A stretch of DNA of 64,000 nt from Chloroflexota bacterium (lineage in GTDB: Bacteria; Chloroflexota; Limnocylindria; P2-11E): contig JBBPIP010000006.1 of the NCBI GenBank assembly GCA_038040265.1, forward strand, positions 5,423 to 69,422, read 5' to 3'. Below the pieces are notes generated by a model. The model was given only the letters and a program-made list of their open reading frames with translations. It was not told the origin of the DNA and searched no databases. This document shows positions 8,741 to 17,003 of the stretch, piece by piece. The translations under genes and the position numbers were made by a program. Positions within the stretch are counted from its first letter, which is position 1. Each line of letters opens with the position of its first letter.

Positions 8741-8952
8741 AGCGGCCAGTCCTTCGGCAGCACGGCGCGCAGCTTCTTGTACTCGGGATCATCGGCATAC
8801 TTCTTCTTGAAGGTTCTCACTCGCTTCAGGAGATCGTCCTCATCCACTTCGAGCACGTTGGAGACCATACCCGTGGTCTCTTCGAAGCCGAGGCTTCAGT
8901 TGCCGCGTCAGCCCCTCATCCGCTCGAGGACGGTGCGATCTTCGGCGTCCAC
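8737..8952 (-). CDS. Candidate small selenoprotein (71 aa, two in-frame UGA, UxxxU motif)
   Basis: GTG start 6 nt after TAGGCT; reads MDAEDRTVLERMRG-U-RGN-U-SLGFEETTGMVSNVLEVDEDDLLKRVRTFKKKYADDPEYKKLRAVLPKDWPL*; UGA at 8908-8910 and 8896-8898; SECIS-like hairpin downstream; fills the gap between neighbouring genes. Confidence 0.7.
8861..8880 (-). promoter_or_regulatory. Putative bacterial SECIS element
   Basis: GAGACCA-CGGGTA-TGGTCTC: perfect 7-bp stem, G-containing apical loop 22 nt after the second UGA and 34 nt after the first. Confidence 0.6.
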
Positions 8953-8961
8953 GCCGAAAGC

Positions 8962-9345
8962 CTAGGTGGTGCGCGCCCCCTGAGTGGTGACCACAACGGA
9001 CTGACTGGCTATCGGCTCGCCGTTCGTCCCCGCTGTGACGCGCACGCGCGCGAGCAGGCGCCACTCGGCGCTATCGCGAAACAGCAGGATCAGAAACGGG
9101 TTCTCGATCCTCACACCGGGTGACTCGTTGAACTGGACCGGCAGCGCGATTTCCGCGTCGGAACCGGGTGCGATCTCAAGGTCCATCTTCGTCTCGGGCG
9201 TTCGGAACTGAGAGTGCGGATGCTGGGCGGCCAGCAATCGGATCGGCTCATCGCCCTCATTCGTGATGCGCCAGCGGACTGTCCACGCGCCTCTCGTTCC
9301 CTCCGTCGTGAACGGCTCGACCCGGACGTGCGGTCTCCGCTTCAC
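8962..9345 (-). CDS. Hypothetical protein (beta-rich, Ig-like pattern)
   Basis: GTG start overlaps the LLM stop (GTGA); WRITNEGDEPIRL...HPHSQFR...ENPFLIL. Confidence 0.7.
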   Translation of the reverse strand: MKRRPHVRVEPFTTEGTRGAWTVRWRITNEGDEPIRLLAAQHPHSQFRTPETKMDLEIAPGSDAEIALPVQFNESPGVRIENPFLILLFRDSAEWRLLARVRVTAGTNGEPIASQSVVVTTQGARTT

Positions 9346-10277
9346 GCGAACTGGGGCATCACGTCGGATGCGAACGCGTCGAGCGCGTCCCAGTCGTACG
9401 GACCCTCGCGGAGCGCGATGTTGATGCGATAGGCGCCGGCCTCGGCGTACGACGCGACGACCGCGGTCGCTTGATGTGTCGTTCCGCGCAGAAAGCCGGT
9501 CATCCCGCGGGTGTCGTTTGCCCAGTGCTTTTGGTAGAGCTCCTCGTGGCGCCTCGCTCCGGCGTCGTCCGCCCCCATGTAGAAGCCGACGTTGATCGTG
9601 CGCGCGACTGATGCTGGATCGCGCCCGACCTTCACGCACCATGCGTCGAGCACACCGCTCTTGCGCTTCCATTCCGCCGGTGTGAGATATGGCGCGTTCC
9701 AGCCGTCGGCGAACCGCGCCGCCGTTCTCAGCGTGCGCTTCTCTCCCGCGCCTCCGATCCAAAGGGGCAGCCGTTTTTGGAGCGGCTTGGGGTTGTTCGG
9801 GGCGTCCACGAATTTGTAGTGAGTGCCGCTGAAATCGGCCCGACGCCGATCGAACAAGAGGCGTAGCGCCTCGGCGTACTCCTCGAGTTGGTCCTGTCGT
9901 TCGCGGATCGAAGGAAAGGGGATGCCGTACGCCGCGAACTCGACCTCATCCCATCCCGCGCCAAGGCCGCAGTCAGCGCGCCCGCCGGAGAGGTGATCGA
10001 TGGTGCTGAGTGCCTTTGCGAGAACACCCGGGTGCCGGTAGCCGACGCAGAAAACGAGACAGCCGACGCGGACCCTCGTCGTCTCGACGGCCGCCGCGGT
10101 TAGCGTGGCGATCGATTCGAAGCAATCCCCGTCGCCACCTTGCGGCGGCGTCTCCTGGAAATGGTCAGACACTGAGAACCAGTCGAAGCCGCGCTCGTCC
10201 GCGAAACGCCAGAGGCGACGCATCTCATCGAGCGGACCGCCCAGGTGCCCGACTTGTATCCCGAATCTAGTAACCGT
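9342..10277 (-). CDS. LLM-class flavin/F420-dependent oxidoreductase
   Basis: FDWFSVSDHF, T.RVRVG.LV, RHPGVLAK...T.D.LSGGR, GAGW, PLWIGG.G; no canonical start near the N-terminus (ACG 10277 or GTT 10274). Confidence 0.9.
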   Translation of the reverse strand, partial: TVTRFGIQVGHLGGPLDEMRRLWRFADERGFDWFSVSDHFQETPPQGGDGDCFESIATLTAAAVETTRVRVGCLVFCVGYRHPGVLAKALSTIDHLSGGRADCGLGAGWDEVEFAAYGIPFPSIRERQDQLEEYAEALRLLFDRRRADFSGTHYKFVDAPNNPKPLQKRLPLWIGGAGEKRTLRTAARFADGWNAPYLTPAEWKRKSGVLDAWCVKVGRDPASVARTINVGFYMGADDAGARRHEELYQKHWANDTRGMTGFLRGTTHQATAVVASYAEAGAYRINIALREGPYDWDALDAFASDVMPQFA

Positions 10278-10449
10278 CCGAGTATGGGTCGCCGGACGGA
10301 GTCGGGGACGCAGCCGGGTTGTTCGTCCCGAGCGCCGGCGCCCCCGACGTGGATGGACCACCGGCCCCGCCGCCGCCCGCGGCGCCGCAGGCCGTCAGCG
10401 CGAGACCGCCGAGCAAAGACGCCAGAAGGAGCGCACGTAGTCCAGTCAT
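10267..10449 (-). CDS. Small low-complexity lipoprotein
   Basis: Signal peptide with LTAC lipobox, then a G/P/S-rich tail. Confidence 0.55.
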   Translation of the reverse strand: MTGLRALLLASLLGGLALTACGAAGGGGAGGPSTSGAPALGTNNPAASPTPSGDPYSDGY

Positions 10450-10499
10450 CGATCGGAAGACCTCCTGCTAAGGTGAGTACGGGCGGGAGGCCGCGGCGG

Positions 10500-10799
10500 A
10501 TGGATAGTTTTGGTGTCTTCCTCGTCATCGCGGTCCTCATCGGATTGGCACTTGCTGGTCTGGCCTTCGCCCTCGTTGCCGCTCGCGCGGCACACCGCCC
10601 ACGGCCGGCTCTCCCGGCGAACTGCGGCGATTGCGTCTACATGATCCCGCGCGCGAAGGTGTACAAGCGCGAGACGATCGAGGATCTCGACGGAGTCGTC
10701 CACTATCTCTGCCAGCAGCGCTGGATCGAGATCACTCCGTACTCGCCGCGGTGCGAGCTCGGCAAGAGCAAGACCCGAACGACGACCGTCCCCACCTGA
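10500..10799 (+). CDS. Small membrane-anchored four-cysteine protein (hypothetical)
   Basis: GGGAGG RBS; N-terminal TM helix then CGDC...C...C. Confidence 0.65.
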   Translation: MDSFGVFLVIAVLIGLALAGLAFALVAARAAHRPRPALPANCGDCVYMIPRAKVYKRETIEDLDGVVHYLCQQRWIEITPYSPRCELGKSKTRTTTVPT

Positions 10800-10815
10800 C
10801 GTTAGCCTTTCGGGC

Positions 10816-12183
10816 GTGACCAGCTTCGCGGACTTCGATGCATATGTGCGCGCCCGCGAGCGCGAGTACGTCGACGAGCTCAAGGTCCTCATCCGACAGC
10901 CGACGGTGTCCGCCCAGGGCATCGGCATACCCGAGACCGCGCGGATGGTTCTCGACCGAACGAAGAAACGCGGCGGCATCGCCGCGGAAGCGCTCACCGT
11001 TGACGGCGGGCCCCCGACCATCGTTGGCGAGACGGGCGCCGGCGCGCGCACGCTCCTCATCTACAACCACTACGACGTGCAGCCGCCCGATCCACTCGAT
11101 GAGTGGGAGACGCCACCGTTCGAGCCGACGGAGCGCGACGGCTTTCTCTTCGGCCGCGGCGTGTCCGACAACAAAGGCAACCTGATGGCCCGCCTGCAGG
11201 CGATCGAGGCGTATCGCGCGACGCTTGGCGAGCTTCCCCTCCGGATCCGCGTGCTCTACGAGGGCGAGGAGGAGAGCGGCTCCGCGCACCTCGCCGCGTT
11301 TGTCGCCCGCTACGGCGAGCGCCTTCGGGCCGACGGTTGCATTTGGGAGGCGGGGTACAAGGACGCCGCCGGTCGTCCGACCATCTCGTGCGGCCTCAAG
11401 GGCATCGCCTACGTCGAGCTTCGCGTGCGCGGGGCGAACAAGGACGCCCACTCGTCGCTCGCCACGATCGTCCCGAACGCGGCATGGCGGCTCGTCTGGG
11501 CGCTCGCGACTCTCAAGAACGACAACGATGAGATAACCATCGACGGTTTCATGGACGCGGTGCGGCCGCCGAGCGCGGCGGAGCGCGAGCTCCTGGAGCG
11601 CCTTCCGTTCGACGAGGAGGGGATGCTGCGCATCCACGGGATCAAGCGGTTCGTGCGCGGCCTCGAAGGGTACGAGCTCAGGAAGAAACACTTCTACGAG
11701 CCGACGTGCACCATCTGCGGGATCGTCTCCGGCTACACCGGAGCCGGATCGAAGACGGTCCTCCCCGCCGTCGCGAGCGCGAAGATCGACTTTCGTCTCG
11801 TACCCGATCTCACGCCCGAGAAGGTCACGAAGCTCCTGCGCGCGCACCTGGATCGGCGCGGCTTCGAAGACGTCGAGGTCGTCCCCGGCCACGGCGAGCC
11901 GCCGTCACGCTGGCCGACGGACTCGGTGATCGCGAAAGCGGCGGTCGACGCGTGCCGGAGCGCGTACGGCACGGAGCCGGTCGTGTATCCGCTGCTCGCC
12001 GGATCGGGCCCGATGGCGCAGGTGTGCGACACGCTTGGGATCCCAGTCGCCGGATTCGGCTCGGGCAACGCGGCCTCGGCCAATCACGCCCCGAACGAGA
12101 ACATCCGCATCGCCGACTACGTGGATCACATCCGCGCGTTCGGCCGCTTCCTGCACACCTTCGCCGGCCGACCGCTCATTTGA
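10816..12183 (+). CDS. M20/M25/M40 family metallo-hydrolase (dipeptidase-like)
   Basis: YNHYDVQP, GRGVSDNKG, EGEEESGS, HAPNE motifs. Confidence 0.93.
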   Translation: MTSFADFDAYVRAREREYVDELKVLIRQPTVSAQGIGIPETARMVLDRTKKRGGIAAEALTVDGGPPTIVGETGAGARTLLIYNHYDVQPPDPLDEWETPPFEPTERDGFLFGRGVSDNKGNLMARLQAIEAYRATLGELPLRIRVLYEGEEESGSAHLAAFVARYGERLRADGCIWEAGYKDAAGRPTISCGLKGIAYVELRVRGANKDAHSSLATIVPNAAWRLVWALATLKNDNDEITIDGFMDAVRPPSAAERELLERLPFDEEGMLRIHGIKRFVRGLEGYELRKKHFYEPTCTICGIVSGYTGAGSKTVLPAVASAKIDFRLVPDLTPEKVTKLLRAHLDRRGFEDVEVVPGHGEPPSRWPTDSVIAKAAVDACRSAYGTEPVVYPLLAGSGPMAQVCDTLGIPVAGFGSGNAASANHAPNENIRIADYVDHIRAFGRFLHTFAGRPLI

Positions 12184-13367
12184 CGCCCGCCGAGCGGCGC
12201 AGCCTCCTCGGCCTCCTCGGTTTTCTCACCTTCAACGCCGTCTACGTCGGCATCGTGATGGCACCCGTACTCACGCAGGTCGCGAGTGAGTTCCGCATCA
12301 CGACGGGAACCGCGGGCCTGGTCGTGGCCGCGTACGGCGCGCCCGGGATCCTCGTCGCAGTGCTCACCGGCCCGTACTCGGACCGCTTCGGCCGGAAGCG
12401 CTTTCTGGTCGCCGGGTCGGCGATCATGGGCATCTTCACGCTGCTCAGCGCATTCGCGACGAGCTTCGCCATTCTCGTCGCGATGCGCATCATCGCGGGC
12501 ATCGGGGCGTCGGTGATCTTCCCGAACGTCACCGCAACGGTCGGCGACAACTTCGCCTACCGCGACCGTGGCAGCGCGATGGGCACCGTCATCGGGCTCA
12601 ACACGCTCGCCGGCGTCATCGGCGTCCCGCTCGCCGGCATCCTCGCCGAGGCCACGAGCTGGCGGGTCTCGGTCGGGCTCGTGGGCGTGCTCTCCATCGC
12701 CGCGGCGATCCTCCTCGCGTGGAAGTTCCGCCCGGCGCAGACACCCTTGAACGAACAGGCGATCCGCGAGATGTACCGCTCGATCGTGACGAACCGGTCG
12801 GCGCTCGGCGCCATCGGCTCGAGCTTCCTGGGTGCGCTCTATTGGTTCACGTGGGCGACGTACATCGTGGTGTACTTCGAGCACGCGTTCGGCCTCTCGC
12901 GGGGCGTGGCCTCGATCCTCGCTCTCACCCAGGGGCTCGGGGTGTTGTTCGGGAGTCAGGTGGGTGGCCGGCTCGGCGGGCGGATCGGCCACAAGCCGAT
13001 CGTCGCTGGAAGCGTCCTGCTATCGGGTGTGCTGTTGCTTCTCCAGACCAACCTGACCCTTCCGCTCGCCGCGACCGCTGTGCTCAACCTTGTCCTCTCA
13101 GCCGTTATCGGGGCGCGCTTCGCATCGAACACGACGCTCCTCACCGAGCAGGTGCCCGAAGCGCGAGGCACCCTGCTCGCGCTCTCCGCTTCCGTAACGA
13201 GCGCGAGCATCGTCGCAGGCGCGACGATCGGCGGGCTGCTCATCGACGGTCCGGGGTTCTGGGCTGTCGGCGTGTTCTGTTTCGCGGCGGCGGTACTCGC
13301 CGCCCTCACGGTGTGGATCTTTGTCCGTGAAGAGCCCATTGATCTGGAGATCGCGCCCGCTGTTTGA
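12180..13367 (+). CDS. MFS transporter (DHA1-like)
   Basis: GPYSDRFGRK motif, about 12 TM segments; TTG overlaps the upstream TGA. Confidence 0.88.
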   Translation: MTPAERRSLLGLLGFLTFNAVYVGIVMAPVLTQVASEFRITTGTAGLVVAAYGAPGILVAVLTGPYSDRFGRKRFLVAGSAIMGIFTLLSAFATSFAILVAMRIIAGIGASVIFPNVTATVGDNFAYRDRGSAMGTVIGLNTLAGVIGVPLAGILAEATSWRVSVGLVGVLSIAAAILLAWKFRPAQTPLNEQAIREMYRSIVTNRSALGAIGSSFLGALYWFTWATYIVVYFEHAFGLSRGVASILALTQGLGVLFGSQVGGRLGGRIGHKPIVAGSVLLSGVLLLLQTNLTLPLAATAVLNLVLSAVIGARFASNTTLLTEQVPEARGTLLALSASVTSASIVAGATIGGLLIDGPGFWAVGVFCFAAAVLAALTVWIFVREEPIDLEIAPAV

Positions 13368-13471
13368 ATCAGCGCCGCATCGTTGCTCAACTGTTACGCC
13401 AGATGACCGTGCGAACGCCTGCTCGGCATGGAGCCTGCCGGTACATGTGTCACTCGGAAAAGGAGCAGGCC

Positions 13472-13801
13472 ATGGCACGTAAGGCTGGTGGCGGGATGAC
13501 CGTTGCCGAAGCGGGACGAATGGGTGGCCGATTGGTCAGCGAGAAGTACGGTCCGGAGTTCTACGAGAAGATCGGGAAGAAGGGCGGCTCAAGCACCGCC
13601 AGCAAGTACGGGCCGGAGTTCTTTGGCCGCATCGGTAAGAAGGGCGGCCGCGCGGTGACCGCCAAGTACGGCGCCGGCCACTTCGAGCGCATCGGACGTA
13701 AGGGTGGTCAGAAGGTCGCCGACCTCATCGAACGCGCGAAGAGCCTCGAGGCAGCGAGCGAGGCAGAGAAGCAGCCCCAAGAAGCGACGCCCGCCGAATA
13801 G
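13472..13801 (+). CDS. KGG-repeat general stress protein (GsiB/Con-10-like)
   Basis: MTVAEAGRMGG plus three 22-aa repeats KYGPEFY..IGKKGG; AAGGAG RBS. Confidence 0.9.
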   Translation: MARKAGGGMTVAEAGRMGGRLVSEKYGPEFYEKIGKKGGSSTASKYGPEFFGRIGKKGGRAVTAKYGAGHFERIGRKGGQKVADLIERAKSLEAASEAEKQPQEATPAE

Positions 13802-13844
13802 ACCGAGCCTTGGCTCGGCGTCGACGGCGTAACGTGGTCTCTTG

Positions 13845-15041
13845 ATGGACCGGAGAGAGCTGGGAGCGGGGACGCGCGTCGTGCGCGTCGCCCGCTCGCT
13901 CCCTCCCGGAGAAGGTCAGCCTCTCGTTCCCCCCCTCGTCCAGAGCGTTGCCTTCGACTATGGCTCGGCCGCCGAGCAGGACGCGGTCTTCGGTGGAGAG
14001 CGATCCGGGTACGTCTACGGCCGATACGGCACGCCAACGACAGCGGCGCTCGAGACCGCGCTTGCCGAGCTCGACGGCGTCGAGGCGGTCACCTGCTTCG
14101 TCACGGGCATGGCCGCGATCGCGGCGGCGGTGGACGCGTGCGCGATAGCTCGCGGTGGTCGGGTCGTTGCCCAGGAGGACTGCTACGGCCAAACGCGGGC
14201 GCTGTTCGAGCGATGGGTCCACGAGCGTTCCGCCGACATCGTCTTCGTCGACACGACCGACCATCGCGCCGTCGAGGCCGCGCTTCGTGCGAAACCGACC
14301 ACGCTGCTCTACGCGGAGGCCATCGCGAATCCGTTGCTGCGGGTGAACGATGTGGCTGTGCTCGCTCGGCTCGCAAAGGCAAATGGCGCCAGCCTCGCGG
14401 TCGATGCGACTTTCGCGACGCCAATGCTGTTCCGTCCCGCGGCGCTCGGGGCGACGATGGTCATCCATTCGCTCACCAAATACGTGAACGGTCACGGTGA
14501 CGTGATGGGCGGTTCTGTCGGCGGCAGCGCGGAGCTGGGCCGTGCGATGCGTGACCGCACCATCCTCGACGGTGCGTATTTGCCGCCGCACGAGGCGTGG
14601 ATGGCGATCCGAGGCATGCGCACGCTCGCGCTCCGCGTGCGGCGCCAATGCGAAAGCGCGCTCGTCGTCGCGCGTCACCTCGCGAAACATCCGAAGATCG
14701 CGCGCGCGCACTATCCGGGTCTCGCCGAGCATCCGCAGCACGAGGTCGCCACGCATCAGTTTGGTGGGCTCTACGGAGGGGTCGTGTCGTTCGTCCTGGG
14801 CGACGACACCAAGGCCGCCGCCTTCCGATTCCTCGACGCGCTCGAGCTCGCGGCCTCCGCGACCACGATCGGCGATCTGTACACCGAGGTGCTCCACCCG
14901 CCGATCTCGTCGCACCGGCGCCTTCCAGCGGAAGAGCGCAAACGGCTCGGCATCACCGATGGCTTCCTGCGCATCTCCGTCGGCATCGAAGATCCGGAGG
15001 ACATCGTTGCCGACATCGATCGCGCCCTTGACCGCGTCTAA
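13845..15041 (+). CDS. PLP-dependent Cys/Met metabolism enzyme (trans-sulfuration family)
   Basis: YVYGRYGTPT, GMAAI, VDATFATP, HSLTKYVNGHGD (PLP Lys), RISVGIED. Confidence 0.9.
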   Translation: MDRRELGAGTRVVRVARSLPPGEGQPLVPPLVQSVAFDYGSAAEQDAVFGGERSGYVYGRYGTPTTAALETALAELDGVEAVTCFVTGMAAIAAAVDACAIARGGRVVAQEDCYGQTRALFERWVHERSADIVFVDTTDHRAVEAALRAKPTTLLYAEAIANPLLRVNDVAVLARLAKANGASLAVDATFATPMLFRPAALGATMVIHSLTKYVNGHGDVMGGSVGGSAELGRAMRDRTILDGAYLPPHEAWMAIRGMRTLALRVRRQCESALVVARHLAKHPKIARAHYPGLAEHPQHEVATHQFGGLYGGVVSFVLGDDTKAAAFRFLDALELAASATTIGDLYTEVLHPPISSHRRLPAEERKRLGITDGFLRISVGIEDPEDIVADIDRALDRV

Positions 15042-16164
15042 GCCGCTACCCCGCGCACTCGTCTTCAACTGCCACATCACGGGCCTCGCGGTCGCGCGCT
15101 CGCTCGCGGCGCATGGCGTCGAGGTCATCGCTCTCGACCCGGACCCGCGCGGCCTCGGCCAGGCGTCCCGCACCGTGACCCAGCGCTACACCTGCCCGAA
15201 CCCGCTCGAGGACGAGCGCGGCTTCGTGCAGTTCCTCCTGGAGAACGCGAAGCGTTGGGAAGGCTCGGTCCTTTTTCCGACCAATGACGAGTGGGTCATG
15301 GCCGTGGCGCGCTATCGCTCGCAGCTCGAGGCGTGCTACCGCATCCCGTTCAGCGAGCTGTCGGTGATCGACGCGGTGCTCGACAAGCGCCGCCTCTACG
15401 CGGACGCGCACCACCTCCGCATCCCCATCCCGAAGACCTACACGTTGAACGACGTGAAGGCGACGGCGCGCGAGATCCGCTATCCGGCGATCGTCAAACC
15501 CGCGGAGCAGCGGCGGTTCTACGACCGCTTCGGAGTGAAGGTGTTCCGCGCTGAGAACGCGGCGGAGCTGGTCCGCTTCGCGGGCGAGGCGGCGGATCTC
15601 GCGTGCGTCGCGCAGGAGATCGTCGACGTTCCCGCCGGTGGGTTCTACTCGTTCTGCTCGTACGTGGCGCCGGACGGCGAAGTTCGCGGCGCCTTCGTCG
15701 GACGGAAGCTCGAGCAGTACCCCGAAGGCTTCGGGACGGGCTGCCTCGTGATCGGCGAGCAGGTGCCCGAGATACACGAGCGCGGGACCGCGATCCTCAA
15801 GGCGTTCGGCTATCACGGCATCAGCGAGGTGGAGTTCATCTGGGACCCGGCGCGGAAGGAGCATCTCCTCCTGGATGTGAACCCGCGCGTGTGGAAATGG
15901 GTCGGGTTACCGATCGCGAGCGGTGTCGACCTCCCCTGGCTCGCCTACAGCGAGGCGATCGGCCAGCCGGTCCGAGCCGGCGAACCGCGTGATGGGTTCC
16001 GCTGGATCTACGAGCGCGACTACGCGCTCCTCGCCCAGTCGCGCCCGCTGTTCCCCGCGACGGGCGAGGTCGTGAACGCGGTCTGGGATCCCGACGATCC
16101 GGGTCCCTTCGCGCAGCTCATCCTGAACGAGGGCCCGGCCGGGAAGTATTACTGCGCTTGCTAG
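15028..16164 (+). CDS. ATP-grasp carboxylate-amine ligase family protein
   Basis: GLAVARSL, LFPTND, DK..LY, YPAIVKP, QEIV, EVEF, DVNPR; TTG start overlaps the upstream gene. Confidence 0.85.
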   Translation: MTASKPLPRALVFNCHITGLAVARSLAAHGVEVIALDPDPRGLGQASRTVTQRYTCPNPLEDERGFVQFLLENAKRWEGSVLFPTNDEWVMAVARYRSQLEACYRIPFSELSVIDAVLDKRRLYADAHHLRIPIPKTYTLNDVKATAREIRYPAIVKPAEQRRFYDRFGVKVFRAENAAELVRFAGEAADLACVAQEIVDVPAGGFYSFCSYVAPDGEVRGAFVGRKLEQYPEGFGTGCLVIGEQVPEIHERGTAILKAFGYHGISEVEFIWDPARKEHLLLDVNPRVWKWVGLPIASGVDLPWLAYSEAIGQPVRAGEPRDGFRWIYERDYALLAQSRPLFPATGEVVNAVWDPDDPGPFAQLILNEGPAGKYYCAC

Positions 16165-16323
16165 CGAATTAGGCGGGCCGCCACCCCGATAAAAGCGCCC
16201 GCGCGGCCTCACTGCGGTACAACCGAACACTCGTCGCACTCCGCGACTGGCCGCGAGGGCGCAGATGGGCGCTGGATACGCGCTTCGCAAATAGGGCACG
16301 TACTGTGTCCTGGGACAGCTGCG

Positions 16324-16980
16324 GTGATGATGGGTGGGGATGGCTTGCGTCGGGACGACGTGCGTCGGCCGGTGCGTTTTATTGGCTTGCGCCGGGCGGT
16401 GCTTTTCGTCGGGAGTCCGCGCGTCCCACAGGCGCGGCATCGCCGGCACATCGCCCTCGCCATCGCGGGAATCGTTTTCCTCCTCGCTTTCAACATCGCG
16501 GTGTATTTCGCGCCGATCGACTACGGCGCCTTCACGTCGTTCGCCTACCTCGGAGCGTTCGTCGTCACCTTGCTCGCGAACGCACTCATCGTCATCCCGA
16601 TCCCGTACGTCCCCATCGTGGCGCACATCGGCGCGACCGCCGAGCTCCCCTGGCTCGTCGTCGCTCTGGGCGCGCTCGGTTCTGTCCTCGGCGAGTCAGT
16701 CGCCTTCGTTGCCGGGCGCGCCGAGTTGGGGCTCGTCTCGGAGCATCCCGTCTACCGGCGGCTGCACCGCGTCGCTCAGCGCCCTCTGCTCGCAGGGGCT
16801 CTGATCTTCGCCTTCGCGGTTCCCCCAAACCCGCTCTTTGATGTGGGCGGGCTCGCGGCGGGTGCCGTCGGCATGCCCTACCGCGTGTTCTTCGTGGCGG
16901 TATTCGCCGCGCGGCTCATCCGCCTCGCGCTCATCGTGTGGCTCGGCACGATGCTCGGACTCGTTTCAACCCGACCCTAG
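16324..16980 (+). CDS. DedA/VTT (SNARE-associated) membrane protein
   Basis: GSVLGE...F.AGR, PNPLFDVGGLAAG...M...F motifs; true start may be downstream. Confidence 0.78.
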   Translation: MMMGGDGLRRDDVRRPVRFIGLRRAVLFVGSPRVPQARHRRHIALAIAGIVFLLAFNIAVYFAPIDYGAFTSFAYLGAFVVTLLANALIVIPIPYVPIVAHIGATAELPWLVVALGALGSVLGESVAFVAGRAELGLVSEHPVYRRLHRVAQRPLLAGALIFAFAVPPNPLFDVGGLAAGAVGMPYRVFFVAVFAARLIRLALIVWLGTMLGLVSTRP

Positions 16981-17003
16981 CCGCTCCATAGAATCGGTCT
17001 ATC

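Noticed and set aside
8737-8868. Reading the 8.7-8.9 kb gene as only a 43-aa ORF starting at MVSNV
   Set aside because: It lacks an RBS or -10 box at that ATG, while the upstream GTG has the window's typical TAGGCT signal and coding-like codons; kept as the alternative hypothesis
13540-13710. 66-bp tandem repeats that might suggest a CRISPR-like array
   Set aside because: They are in-frame coding repeats of the KGG stress protein, with no unique spacers or cas genes
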